DNA of 64,000 nt from Escherichia coli (GTDB lineage Bacteria > Pseudomonadota > Gammaproteobacteria > Enterobacterales > Enterobacteriaceae). A program made the position numbers and the translations under genes. The notes below the pieces were generated by a model. That model did no database searches, was not told the origin of the DNA, and saw only the letters and a list, made by a program, of their open reading frames with translations. Of the stretch, positions 1 to 10,695 are shown piece after piece; within the stretch, counting starts at the first letter, position 1; the number at the start of each line of letters is the position of its first letter. The stretch lies in the NCBI RefSeq assembly GCF_003334765.1, contig NZ_QOWT01000013.1, one strand, 5' to 3'.

Positions 1-235
1 ATGACTCATGATGAACCCTGTTCCATGGCTCCAGATGACAAACATGATCTCATATCAGGGACTTGTTCGCACCTTCCTTAACAATCTTATATTTCCCTCT
101 GCGCGCCTTTCCTACCCGCAGTATATAGTGCAAGCGGTATGAGGAAAGGGAGATTTCACAAGGATGTTATACTCAAAGTAGACAATCCTGATCTCAAGCG
201 TACGTATTGTCCATGCGATGAATAAAGGAAAAGTT

Positions 236-541
236 ATGAAACACAAGCTTTCTGCAATCCTTATGGCCTTCATGTTGACGACGCCAGCTGCGTTTGCTGC
301 CCCTGAAGCAACAAACGGGACCGAGGCAACGACGGGTACTACTGGCACCACAACGACCACTACCGGCGCAACCACGACTGCTACTACCACTGGTGGCGTG
401 GCTGCTGGCGCTGTCGGCACGGCGACAGTTGTCGGTGTGGCAACGGCTGTTGGTGTGGCGACGTTGGCAGTTGTTGCAGCAAATGACAGTGGCGATGGCG
501 GTTCTCATAACACCTCAACCACCACGTCCACTACACGCTAA
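236..541 (+). CDS. gfcA: GfcA (YmcD), small Thr-rich protein; first gene of the gfc group-4-capsule operon
   Basis: ORF-track frame 218..541 trimmed to ATG at 236 (AAGGA about 6 nt upstream); 101 aa with N-terminal hydrophobic signal-like segment and a T/G/A low-complexity tract; recognised as E. coli GfcA. Confidence 0.85.
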   Translation: MKHKLSAILMAFMLTTPAAFAAPEATNGTEATTGTTGTTTTTTGATTTATTTGGVAAGAVGTATVVGVATAVGVATLAVVAANDSGDGGSHNTSTTTSTTR

Positions 542-647
542 TACCGCTTTAACGCGTCGAAATTAAAGTTAAATGATACCCGGTTGCGATATTCGTACCG
601 GGCTTTAGAGATTTGCATTTTTTTAATTAACCTTTCAAGGATTAAAG

Positions 648-1292
648 GTGCGCCCTCTTATTTTATCGATTTTCGCACTATTTCTTGCGGGATGTACGCA
701 CAGCCAGCAAAGTATGGTCGATACATTTCGCGCCAGCCTTTTCGATAATCAGGATATCACCGTAGCGGATCAGCAGATCCAGGCGTTGCCTTATTCCACT
801 ATGTATTTACGCCTTAATGAAGGGCAACGAATCTTTGTGGTACTGGGATATATAGAACAAGAACAAAGCAAATGGTTATCCCAGGATAACGCCATGCTGG
901 TTACCCACAATGGACGTCTTTTAAAAACCGTCAAACTTAATAATAATCTGCTGGAAGTGACAAATTCCGGGCAGGACCCTCTGCGTAACGCGCTGGCAAT
1001 AAAAGATGGCAGCCGCTGGACGCGCGATATTCTCTGGAGTGAAGACAACCATTTTCGCTCTGCGACCCTGAGTTCTACTTTTTCCTTTGCTGGATTAGAG
1101 ACGCTGAATATTGCGGGTCGCAATGTGCTGTGTAATGTCTGGCAGGAAGAGGTGACTTCCACGCGGCCAGAAAAACAGTGGCAAAACACATTCTGGGTCG
1201 ATTCGGCTACTGGCCAGGTTCGTCAAAGTCGGCAAATGTTAGGCGCAGGGGTTATTCCCGTAGAAATGACGTTTCTTAAACCCGCACCATGA
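648..1292 (+). CDS. gfcB: GfcB (YmcC) lipoprotein
   Basis: ORF track 648..1292, 214 aa, GTG start; signal peptide ending in LAGC lipobox; recognised as GfcB. Confidence 0.85.
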   Translation: MRPLILSIFALFLAGCTHSQQSMVDTFRASLFDNQDITVADQQIQALPYSTMYLRLNEGQRIFVVLGYIEQEQSKWLSQDNAMLVTHNGRLLKTVKLNNNLLEVTNSGQDPLRNALAIKDGSRWTRDILWSEDNHFRSATLSSTFSFAGLETLNIAGRNVLCNVWQEEVTSTRPEKQWQNTFWVDSATGQVRQSRQMLGAGVIPVEMTFLKPAP

Positions 1293-2035
1293 ATAAATTA
1301 CAGTCGTATTTCATTGCCAGCGTACTTTACGTAATGACACCCCATGCCTTTGCGCAAGGAACGGTGACTATTTATCTGCCTGGCGAACAACAGACACTTT
1401 CCGTTGGCCCCGTGGAAAATGTTGTCCAGTTGGTGACACAACCGCAACTGCGCGATCGCCTCTGGTGGCCTGGTGCCTTGCTGACCGACTCTGCGGCGAA
1501 AGCTAAAGCGCTTAAAGACTACCAACATGTCATGGCACAGCTTGCTTCCTGGGAAGCAGAAGCTGACGACGATGTGGCGGCAACGATTAAATCCGTGCGC
1601 CAGCAGTTACTCAATCTCAATATCACTGGTCGCTTACCGGTCAAACTGGACCCTGATTTTGTACGAGTGGATGAGAACAGCAATCCCCCGTTGGTCGGGG
1701 ACTATACGCTCTATACCGTACAGCGTCCGGTGACTATTACTCTGCTGGGTGCGGTTTCTGGGGCCGGGCAATTGCCCTGGCAGGCAGGCCGTAGCGTTAC
1801 CGATTATCTGCAAGATCACCCCCGCCTTGCAGGCGCGGACAAGAATAACGTTATGGTGATTACGCCTGAGGGTGAGACTGTCGTCGCCCCTGTTGCCCTG
1901 TGGAATAAAAGACATGTGGAACCACCGCCTGGCAGCCAGCTTTGGTTGGGCTTTTCTGCGCATGTACTGCCCGAAAAATATGCTGATTTAAATGACCAGA
2001 TTGTGTCTGTTTTAACGCAACGTGTTCCTGACTGA
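1289..2035 (+). CDS. gfcC: GfcC (YmcB) periplasmic capsule-assembly protein
   Basis: ORF track 1289..2035, 248 aa; ATG overlaps gfcB stop (ATGA); cleavable signal peptide; recognised as GfcC. Confidence 0.85.
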
Positions 2036-4131
2036 TGAAGAAGAATTCTTATCTTTTAAGCTGCCTGGCCATTGCCGTCTCCAGTGCCTGTCATGCTGAA
2101 GTATTAACCTACCCGGATCCGCTGGGTTCGTCGCAATCAGACTTTGGCGGCACAGGATTGTTGCAGATGCCAAATGCGCGCATCGCACCGGAAGGTGAAT
2201 TCAGCGTCAACTACCGGGATAACGATCAATACCGGTTCTACTCCACCTCCGTGGCGCTGTTCCCATGGCTGGAAGGCACCATTCGTTATACGGATGTGCG
2301 CACACGCAAATATAGCCAGTGGGAAGATTTCAGCGGCGATCAGTCATACAAAGACAAATCATTCGATTTTAAACTTCGCCTGTGGGAAGAAGGTTACTGG
2401 CTACCGCAAGTGGCGTTTGGTAAACGTGATATTGCTGGTACGGGTCTGTTTGACGGTGAGTATCTGGTGGCCAGCAAGCAAGCGGGGCCATTTGATTTCA
2501 CCCTCGGGATGGCATGGGGCTACGCCGGTAATGCGGGCAATATTACCAACCCGTTTTGCCGGGTGAGCGATAAATATTGTCATCGCGCAGAGTCTCACGA
2601 TGCGGGCGATATCAGCTTTAGCGATATCTTTCGTGGCCCGGCTTCCATCTTTGGCGGCATTGAGTATCAAACGCCGTGGAATCCCCTGCGTCTGAAACTC
2701 GAATACGATGGAAACAATTACCAGAATGATTTCGCTGGCAAACTGCCTCAGGCAAGCCATTTCAACGTCGGCGCAGTTTATCGCGCTGCCAGCTGGGCAG
2801 ATCTCAACCTGAGTTATGAACGCGGTAACACGTTGATGTTTGGCTTCACGTTACGGACCAATTTCAACGATCTGCGCCCTGCCCTGCGCGATACGCCAAA
2901 ACCGGCATATCAACCTGCGCCTGAATCTGAAGGATTGCAGTACACCACGGTAGCAAACCAACTTACCGCCCTGAAGTATAACGCGGGCTTTGACGCGCCA
3001 GAAATTCAGCTACGCGATAAGACACTGTATATGTCTGGTCAGCAATACAAATACCGTGACTCTCGTGAAGCGGTCGATCGTGCCAACCGGATTCTGGTGA
3101 ATAACCTGCCGCAAGGCGTTGAGAAGATTAGCGTGACGCAAAAGCGCGAGCATATGGCGATGGTGACTACCGAAACCGACGTAGCCAGCCTGCGCAAACA
3201 GCTGGCAGGTACAGCGCCTGGTCAATCAGAGCCACTGCAACAACAACGTGTTGAAGCTGAAGATCTTTCTGCCTTTGGTCGGGGCTACCGTATTCGTGAA
3301 GATCGCTTTAGCTACTCTTTCAACCCAACACTTTCACAGTCGCTGGGCGGCCCGGAAGATTTCTATATGTTCCAGCTGGGGCTGATGTCCAGTGCCCGCT
3401 ACTGGTTTACCGACCACCTGCTGCTTGATGGCGGTATTTTCACCAATATTTACAACAACTACGACAAGTTTAAGTCTTCGCTGTTGCCCGCGGACTCTAC
3501 CCTGCCCCGCGTGCGCACGCATATCCGTGACTACGTTCGCAATGACGTTTATCTCAACAACTTGCAGGCGAACTATTTTGCTGACTTAGGCAATGGTTTC
3601 TATGGCCAGGTGTATGGCGGTTATCTGGAAACGATGTACGCCGGTGTCGGTTCCGAGCTGCTTTATCGCCCGCTAGATGCCTGCTGGGCGCTGGGTGTGG
3701 ACGTTAACTACGTGAAGCAACGTGACTGGGACAACATGATGCGTTTCACCGATTATTCCACGCCAACAGGTTTCGTGACGGCTTACTGGAACCCGCCGAC
3801 GCTCAATGGCGTACTGATGAAACTTAGCGTTGGGCAATATCTGGCAAAAGATAAAGGCGCAACGATCGACGTCGCCAAACGCTTTGACAGCGGCGTGGCG
3901 GTAGGGGTATGGGCGGCAATCAGTAACGTATCTAAAGATGACTACGGCGAAGGCGGCTTTAGTAAAGGTTTTTATATCTCGATTCCATTCGACTTGATGA
4001 CCATTGGACCTAACCGCAACCGCGCGGTGGTTTCGTGGACACCATTGACGCGTGATGGTGGACAAATGCTGTCACGCAAATACCAGCTCTATCCAATGAC
4101 GGCAGAGCGAGAAGTACCGGTTGGACAATAA
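2035..4131 (+). CDS. gfcD: GfcD (YmcA) outer-membrane protein
   Basis: ORF track 2035..4131, 698 aa; ATG overlaps gfcC stop (TGATG); signal peptide; recognised as GfcD. Confidence 0.85.
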
Positions 4132-4176
4132 CCTGACGTAATTCATAACATTACATTGACTGATAAATATAAACCA

Positions 4177-5316
4177 ATGAAAAAGAACATTTTTAAGTTT
4201 TCGGTACTGACATTGGCTGTTCTGTCTTTGACAGCATGTACCCTTGTTCCTGGTCAGAATTTATCGACCAGTAACAAGGATGTCATTGAACTACCTGACA
4301 ATCAGTATGACCTGGACAAAATGGTCAATATCTATCCCGTCACGCCAGGATTGATTGATCAGTTGCGCGCCAAACCGATTATGTCGCAGGCTAACCCGGA
4401 GCTGGAGCAGCAAATCGCAAACTATGAATATCGTATCGGGATTGGTGATGTGTTGATGGTTACGGTCTGGGATCACCCGGAACTAACCACCCCCGCAGGG
4501 CAATACCGTAGCGCCAGTGATACCGGCAACTGGGTTAACGCCGATGGTGCGATTTTCTACCCCTATATTGGTCGCCTGAAAGTGGCCGGGAAAACACTTA
4601 CCCAGGTACGCAACGAGATTACAGCGCGTCTCGATTCAGTCATTGAAAGCCCGCAAGTCGATGTCAGCGTCGCGGCGTTCCGATCGCAAAAAGCGTACGT
4701 CACCGGCGAAGTCAGCAAATCGGGTCAGCAGCCGATTACCAATATTCCTCTGACCATCATGGATGCGATTAACGCCGCGGGCGGTCTGACCGCAGATGCA
4801 GACTGGCGCAACGTGGTGCTCACCCAGAATGGCGTAAAGACCAAAGTGAACCTCTATGCGCTGATGCAGCGTGGCGACTTGCGCCAGAACAAACTGCTGC
4901 ACCCGGGCGATATTTTATTTATTCCGCGCAACGATGATCTGAAAGTCTTCGTGATGGGTGAAGTGGGTAAACAGAGCACGCTGAAAATGGACCGCAGCGG
5001 TATGACCCTGGCGGAAGCGCTGGGTAACGCTGAGGGTATGAATCAGGATGTCGCTGATGCGACGGGGATTTTTGTTATTCGTGCAACGCAAAACAAGCAG
5101 AATGGCAAAATCGCCAATATTTATCAGCTGAATGCGAAGGACGCATCGGCAATGATACTCGGAACGGAATTCCAGCTTGAACCTTACGACATTGTTTATG
5201 TCACTACCGCGCCGCTGGCTCGTTGGAACCGTGTGATTTCTCTGCTGGTACCGACGATTTCCGGGGTGCATGACCTGACAGAGACTTCACGGTGGATTCA
5301 AACATGGCCCAACTAA
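4177..5316 (+). CDS. gfcE: GfcE (YccZ), Wza-family outer-membrane polysaccharide export lipoprotein
   Basis: ORF-track frame 4156..5316 trimmed to ATG 4177 (379 aa); lipoprotein signal (LTAC); Wza-like sequence. Confidence 0.85.
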
Positions 5317-5750
5317 AATTTAACTCAATCCTGGTGGTTTGTACCGGCAACATTTGCCGTTCGCCCATTGGCGAGCGCTTGCTGCGTAAACGTCTGCCGG
5401 GCGTAAAAGTCAAATCGGCAGGTGTTCATGGTCTGGTAAAACACCCTGCAGATGCGACAGCGGCAGATGTTGCCGCTAATCATGGCGTATCTCTTGAAGG
5501 ACATGCCGGACGTAAGCTCACTGCTGAGATGGCACGAAATTACGATCTGATTCTGGCAATGGAGTCGGAACATATTGCTCAGGTTACCGCAATTGCTCCC
5601 GAGGTCCGCGGGAAGACAATGCTGTTTGGGCAATGGCTGGAACAGAAAGAGATCCCGGATCCCTATCGTAAAAGTCAGGACGCATTTGAACATGTCTACG
5701 GTATGTTGGAGCGCGCCAGTCAGGAATGGGCGAAGCGCCTCAGCCGGTAA
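5304..5750 (+). CDS. etp: Etp (YccY) low-molecular-weight protein-tyrosine phosphatase
   Basis: ORF-track frame 5292..5750 trimmed to ATG 5304 (148 aa); CTGNICRS P-loop motif of LMW-PTPs; overlaps gfcE 3' end by 13 nt. Confidence 0.9.
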
Positions 5751-5769
5751 TTTGAGTTTATAAAATACG

Positions 5770-7950
5770 ATGACAACTAAAAATATGAATACGCCACCAG
5801 GCAGCACTCAGGAAAATGAGATCGATCTGCTTCGTCTGGTCGGCGAGTTATGGGATCACCGTAAGTTTATTATCAGCGTGACCGCGTTATTCACGCTGAT
5901 CGCTGTCGCTTACTCGCTGTTAAGCACACCAATTTATCAGGCAGATACTCTGGTCCAGGTTGAGCAAAAACAGGGCAACGCCATTCTCAGCGGCCTGAGC
6001 GATATGATCCCTAACTCATCGCCCGAGTCTGCACCGGAGATCCAACTGCTGCAATCGCGCATGATTCTCGGTAAAACCATTGCTGAACTGAATCTGCGCG
6101 ACATAGTTGAGCAGAAGTATTTTCCGATTGTGGGTCGCGGCTGGGCGAGATTAACCAAAGAAAAACCAGGTGAGCTGGCGATCAGCTGGATGCATATTCC
6201 ACAACTGAATGGTCAGGATCAGCAACTGACACTCACGGTTGGGGAAAACGGCCACTATACACTGGAAGGTGAAGAGTTCACCGTCAATGGTATGGTCGGC
6301 CAGCGTCTGGAAAAAGATGGCGTTGCGCTGACTATCGCGGACATTAAGGCCAAACCAGGAACACAGTTTGTCCTGAGCCAGCGTACCGAACTGGAAGCGA
6401 TTAACGCATTGCAGGAAACCTTTACCGTTAGCGAACGCAGTAAAGAAAGCGGGATGCTGGAACTTACCATGACTGGTGATGATCCCCAGTTGATTACTCG
6501 TATTCTGAACAGCATCGCTAACAACTATTTGCAACAGAATATCGCTCGCCAGGCGGCGCAGGATTCACAAAGCCTTGAATTCTTACAGCGCCAGTTACCT
6601 GAAGTGCGCAGCGAGCGGGACCAAGCGGAAGAAAAACTCAACGTTTATCGCCAGCAGCGCGATTCGGTTGACCTTAACCTGGAAGCCAAAGCCGTTCTTG
6701 AGCAGATTGTGAACGTTGATAATCAACTCAATGAGCTGACCTTCCGCGAGGCAGAGATCTCCCAGCTGTATAAGAAAGATCACCCAACTTATCGTGCGCT
6801 GCTGGAAAAACGCCAGACGCTGGAGCAAGAACGCAAACGCCTGAATAAGCGGGTATCGGCAATGCCTTCCACCCAACAGGAAGTGTTGCGTTTAAGTCGT
6901 GACGTAGAAGCGGGCCGTGCGGTATATCTGCAATTACTTAACCGCCAGCAGGAGTTGAGTATTTCGAAATCCAGTGCCATTGGTAACGTGCGGATTATCG
7001 ACCCGGCAGTCACTCAGCCGCAGCCAGTGAAACCGAAAAAAGCGTTGAACGTGGTGCTTGGTTTTATTCTTGGCCTGTTTATTTCTGTGGGTGCCGTGCT
7101 GGCGCGTGCGATGTTGCGTCGTGGTGTAGAAGCCCCGGAACAACTGGAAGAGCACGGCATCAGCGTTTATGCCACTATCCCAATGTCCGAGTGGCTGGAT
7201 AAACGCACCCGTCTGCGTAAGAAAAATTTATTTTCTAATCAGCAGCGCCATCGTACTAAAAATATCCCCTTCCTGGCGGTGGATAACCCGGCGGATTCTG
7301 CTGTGGAAGCCGTACGTGCGCTACGAACCAGTCTGCATTTCGCTATGATGGAGACGGAGAATAACATTCTAATGATCACCGGTGCGACGCCAGACAGTGG
7401 TAAAACGTTTGTCAGTTCAACTCTGGCAGCGGTGATCGCCCAGTCCGATCAAAAAGTGTTATTTATTGATGCCGACTTACGCCGTGGTTATTCGCATAAC
7501 CTGTTTACCGTGAGTAATGAACATGGCTTGTCGGAATATCTGGCAGGTAAAGATGAGCTCAACAAAGTGATCCAGCATTTTGGCAAAGGAGGCTTTGATG
7601 TGATTACTCGCGGTCAGGTGCCACCTAACCCGTCTGAACTGCTGATGCGCGATCGGATGCGTCAATTACTGGAATGGGCGAACGACCATTACGATCTGGT
7701 GATTGTCGATACGCCGCCGATGCTGGCGGTGAGTGATGCCGCGGTCGTGGGGCGTTCTGTTGGCACCAGCCTGCTGGTTGCGCGTTTTGGCTTGAACACC
7801 GCCAAAGAGGTGAGTTTGTCAATGCAGCGTCTGGAACAGGCAGGCGTCAATATTAAAGGCGCTATCCTCAATGGTGTGATTAAACGCGCCAGCACCGCTT
7901 ACAGTTACGGCTATAACTATTACGGTTATAGTTACTCCGAGAAAGAGTAA
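5770..7950 (+). CDS. etk: Etk (YccC) Wzc-family BY-kinase (tyrosine autokinase)
   Basis: ORF track 5770..7950, 726 aa; Walker A (GATPDSGKT), C-terminal tyrosine cluster YSYGYNYYGYSY. Confidence 0.9.
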   Translation: MTTKNMNTPPGSTQENEIDLLRLVGELWDHRKFIISVTALFTLIAVAYSLLSTPIYQADTLVQVEQKQGNAILSGLSDMIPNSSPESAPEIQLLQSRMILGKTIAELNLRDIVEQKYFPIVGRGWARLTKEKPGELAISWMHIPQLNGQDQQLTLTVGENGHYTLEGEEFTVNGMVGQRLEKDGVALTIADIKAKPGTQFVLSQRTELEAINALQETFTVSERSKESGMLELTMTGDDPQLITRILNSIANNYLQQNIARQAAQDSQSLEFLQRQLPEVRSERDQAEEKLNVYRQQRDSVDLNLEAKAVLEQIVNVDNQLNELTFREAEISQLYKKDHPTYRALLEKRQTLEQERKRLNKRVSAMPSTQQEVLRLSRDVEAGRAVYLQLLNRQQELSISKSSAIGNVRIIDPAVTQPQPVKPKKALNVVLGFILGLFISVGAVLARAMLRRGVEAPEQLEEHGISVYATIPMSEWLDKRTRLRKKNLFSNQQRHRTKNIPFLAVDNPADSAVEAVRALRTSLHFAMMETENNILMITGATPDSGKTFVSSTLAAVIAQSDQKVLFIDADLRRGYSHNLFTVSNEHGLSEYLAGKDELNKVIQHFGKGGFDVITRGQVPPNPSELLMRDRMRQLLEWANDHYDLVIVDTPPMLAVSDAAVVGRSVGTSLLVARFGLNTAKEVSLSMQRLEQAGVNIKGAILNGVIKRASTAYSYGYNYYGYSYSEKE

Positions 7951-7960
7951 AACTGAAAGT

Positions 7961-7996
7961 GGCCGGATGCGGCGTGAACGCCTTTTCCGGTCTACG
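7961..7996. repeat. REP (repetitive extragenic palindromic) element
   Basis: GGCCGGATGCGGCGTGAACGCCTTTTCCGGTCTACG between convergent etk and appA; matches the E. coli REP consensus. Confidence 0.7.
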
Positions 7997-8028
7997 CATT
8001 AGACAGTTCTTCGTTTGTCATCAGCCTC

Positions 8029-8059
8029 AGAGCATTCAGGTAACTGAATGCTCTTTTTT
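8029..8059 (+). terminator. Rho-independent terminator downstream of etk
   Basis: AGAGCATTCAG-GTAA-CTGAATGCTCT perfect hairpin followed by TTTTTT. Confidence 0.65.
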
Positions 8060-8064
8060 ATGCA

Positions 8065-9363
8065 TTACAAACTGCACGCCGGTATGCGTGCTTCATTCAC
8101 GATTTGCGTAAAACCTGCCAACGAACACATGCCCTGCGCATTTCGCTCTTCACATCCTGCCAGGGTCAGTTTCACCTCTCCGGGCGGCGTATTTAATGAC
8201 AGCGGCGTTTTATCACGCATCTGCTGTAAAGTCTGGAAGACCAGCGAAACCTGAATCCACTGGCTGTTATCGCTTAGCCGACGCCAGCGTTCAAACACCA
8301 GTTCACCACCTGGCGGCGTGTTATCCGGCTGACCGGGAAGCGTCCAGTTGAGCTCCAGTGCGCCGCCGAGATTTGCCAGATTAGTATCGTGTCCGGCGAT
8401 AAACAGCACTGAAGTGGGTAATGTCACACCATACGCCTGTTTTTGCGGTGGATGGGGCGTCAACGCTGTCTTGATCAAATCTAATAACGGGGTGGCGCGG
8501 CTGCGGGCAACCTCTGGCGTGCGTTGTAGCAAATAAAATTGCGCGTTATGCAAACTTAGCAAGGTGTTCCACTGGTGTGAATCGGTGATCCTTCCCCACC
8601 CCGGCTCCGGCATTCCCTGTGCTTGTTGCAGGAGAAATATCTCCGTCAGCATTGATGCGAGGCTTACCGCACCGGTTAATGAGACATTGTCGGCGCTCAC
8701 CTTGAGTTCCGATGGTAATGCCTGCGTTAATGAACAGCTTTCGTCCTGTTTCTCACGTTTAAGGCACAAGTTTGATTGCGGAAAATTAAGCACCCGTTCC
8801 AGTTCGCGAAACGCCGTTTGCCGATGCCCGGTAAAGTCAGCAATTGACCCTCCTGCCCTGCTGAGGATCGCGTCAGTCACGTTCGCGTTATCCAGTTGGC
8901 AAACGCCAGTTTTTAGAGGATTAAATAACGGATCGGGACTGGACGTATCTGCCTGGGTATGTACGGTTATTGCACAGTCAGGTGCCAGCCCGGCGGCGAA
9001 GGCTTCGCCTGTTTTACGGGTACGCTCGTCGACATCAGCAATAATCGCGACCTGACCAGACTGCGGGCAGCCCTTTTTCGCCAGCAATCCGTCGGCTACC
9101 AGACGCTGGCGTTGGTAATGTCCGAGATAGGCGATTAGCTCACCACCGCGCGGTGTCAGCCAACCCAGTTTTACCGGCCAGGTTGGCCATGCGTCTGGGG
9201 TGACATCCTGCATCAGTTGCGTGGCCTTGGTTGGAGCACGCACACCATGACGACTGACAATCACCACACTTTCCAGCTTCAGCTCCGGCTCACTCTGAGC
9301 GAATGCAGATTGCGGGGTTAACGGAATCAGAAGAGATAAAAATGGGATTAAGATCGCTTTCAT
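8065..9363 (-). CDS. appA: AppA periplasmic phytase / pH 2.5 acid phosphatase
   Basis: ORF-track frame 8065..9393 trimmed to Met-11 (432 aa); signal peptide, RHGVRAP histidine-acid-phosphatase motif. Confidence 0.9.
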   Translation of the reverse strand: MKAILIPFLSLLIPLTPQSAFAQSEPELKLESVVIVSRHGVRAPTKATQLMQDVTPDAWPTWPVKLGWLTPRGGELIAYLGHYQRQRLVADGLLAKKGCPQSGQVAIIADVDERTRKTGEAFAAGLAPDCAITVHTQADTSSPDPLFNPLKTGVCQLDNANVTDAILSRAGGSIADFTGHRQTAFRELERVLNFPQSNLCLKREKQDESCSLTQALPSELKVSADNVSLTGAVSLASMLTEIFLLQQAQGMPEPGWGRITDSHQWNTLLSLHNAQFYLLQRTPEVARSRATPLLDLIKTALTPHPPQKQAYGVTLPTSVLFIAGHDTNLANLGGALELNWTLPGQPDNTPPGGELVFERWRRLSDNSQWIQVSLVFQTLQQMRDKTPLSLNTPPGEVKLTLAGCEERNAQGMCSLAGFTQIVNEARIPACSL

Positions 9364-9442
9364 CGATATGTTTCCGCTTTTCATATCTGACATTATTGAT
9401 TGCCTGATGCGATGCTAATGCGCCGCATCAGGCCTACGTTCG

Positions 9443-9535
9443 TTAACTTTTCAGACGCGGGTCCAGCCATACCAACACAAGGGTGGAGAGCGAACACATC
9501 AACAAAATGCCGACGAACCAAAGTAAATACCACAT
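9443..9535 (-). CDS. appX: AppX (CbdX/YccB) 30-aa membrane subunit of cytochrome bd-II
   Basis: Not in ORF track (below size cut-off); hand translation of minus strand 9535 to 9443 gives MWYLLWFVGILLMCSLSTLVLVWLDPRLKS then TAA; sits 12 nt downstream of appB stop. Confidence 0.75.
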   Translation of the reverse strand: MWYLLWFVGILLMCSLSTLVLVWLDPRLKS

Positions 9536-9547
9536 TGTTTCTGCTCC

Positions 9548-10684
9548 TTAGTACAACTCGTTTTCGTTACGGCGGAGAGTTTCTGTTGTCATGCGCCCCC
9601 ACATTTTGTAGTAGCTCCAGAGAGTGTAGAGCAACACAATGGGCAAAAATATCAGCACGATTACCAACATAATGCTCAGCGTCAGCTGACTGGAAGTACT
9701 GTCCCACAACGTCAGGCTGGAGATCGGACTCACGCTTGACGGCATGACAAAGGGGAACAGCGTGATGCCTGCCGTGAAAATCACGCCAAATTGCATCAAT
9801 GATGCCATCAAAAATCCCCAACCCGGGCGACCACGATAAATCGCCATCACCGTCAGCAATGGGCAGAAGAATCCCAGCAGCGGGAAGATCCACAAAACGG
9901 GCGACTCGACAAAATTATTCATCCAGGCACCAGGTAGCACTGCCACCAGTTTCATTAACGGATTGGAAGGACCGTTAGCATCCTGGGCGAGCAGTACAAA
10001 GCCATCAATACCGACCCACAGCCAGTAACCCGCCAGCAAAAAGCACAGCATCACCAACAGTGCAGCGCGTTTGGTCGCCAGCTGTGAACGCAGATGAATC
10101 ACACCAACAGTTTTCAGTTGTAACCAGACGCCACCTTGCAAAATCACCATCCCAAGGCTGAGCAATCCGCACAATAAAGGGAATGGCGTCAGCAGTTGCC
10201 AGAAGCTGCCGAGATACTCCACGCGTAATTGCGGTGTGAAGGCAAACGGCACGCCGAGCAACAAGTTGCCGAAGGCGATACCGAAGACTACCGGCGGCAC
10301 CAGACTGCCGATGACCAGACCGGCGTCCCACATTTTACGCCAGCGTGCATCGGCGATTTTTCCGCGATAATCAAAGGCCAGCGGGCGGAAGAACAGTGAG
10401 CACAGCACCAGGATCATCGCCACATAAAAGCCGGAAAACGCCGCTGCATACACTCTGGGCCAGGCGGCAAATAATGCCCCACCAGCGAGGATCAACCAGA
10501 CCTGGTTGCCTTCCCAGTGTGCACCAACGCTGTTTATCACTATCCGGCGTTCATCATCATTACGCGCCACCAGCGGCAGCAGACAGCCGATCCCCATGTC
10601 AAATCCGTCGGAGATCATAAAGACCACCAGGATCACGCCAATCAGCAGCCACCAGATGAAGCGCAATGTTTCATAATCAAACAT
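9548..10684 (-). CDS. appB: AppB (CbdB) cytochrome bd-II oxidase subunit II
   Basis: ORF track 9548..10684, 378 aa, polytopic membrane protein; recognised as AppB. Confidence 0.9.
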
Positions 10685-10695
10685 GATTTTCTCCT

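Noticed and set aside
1-235. Possible IS1 terminal repeat at the window start (the first bases ATGACTC resemble part of the IS1 inverted repeat GGTAATGACTCC)
   Set aside because: The match is only 7 nt and diverges immediately; no IS1 inverted repeat or transposase coding sequence is present in the visible 235 bp.
112-508. ORF-track ORFs 112..420 (-) and 194..508 (-) antisense to gfcA
   Set aside because: Artefacts of the triplet-repeat low-complexity gfcA sequence; the translations are poly-V/A/P without signals or homologues I recognise.
9400-9672. ORF-track ORF 9400..9672 (+, 90 aa, TTG start)
   Set aside because: It overlaps appX and the 3' end of appB on the opposite strand, has no RBS, and the real gene here is the minus-strand micro-ORF appX.
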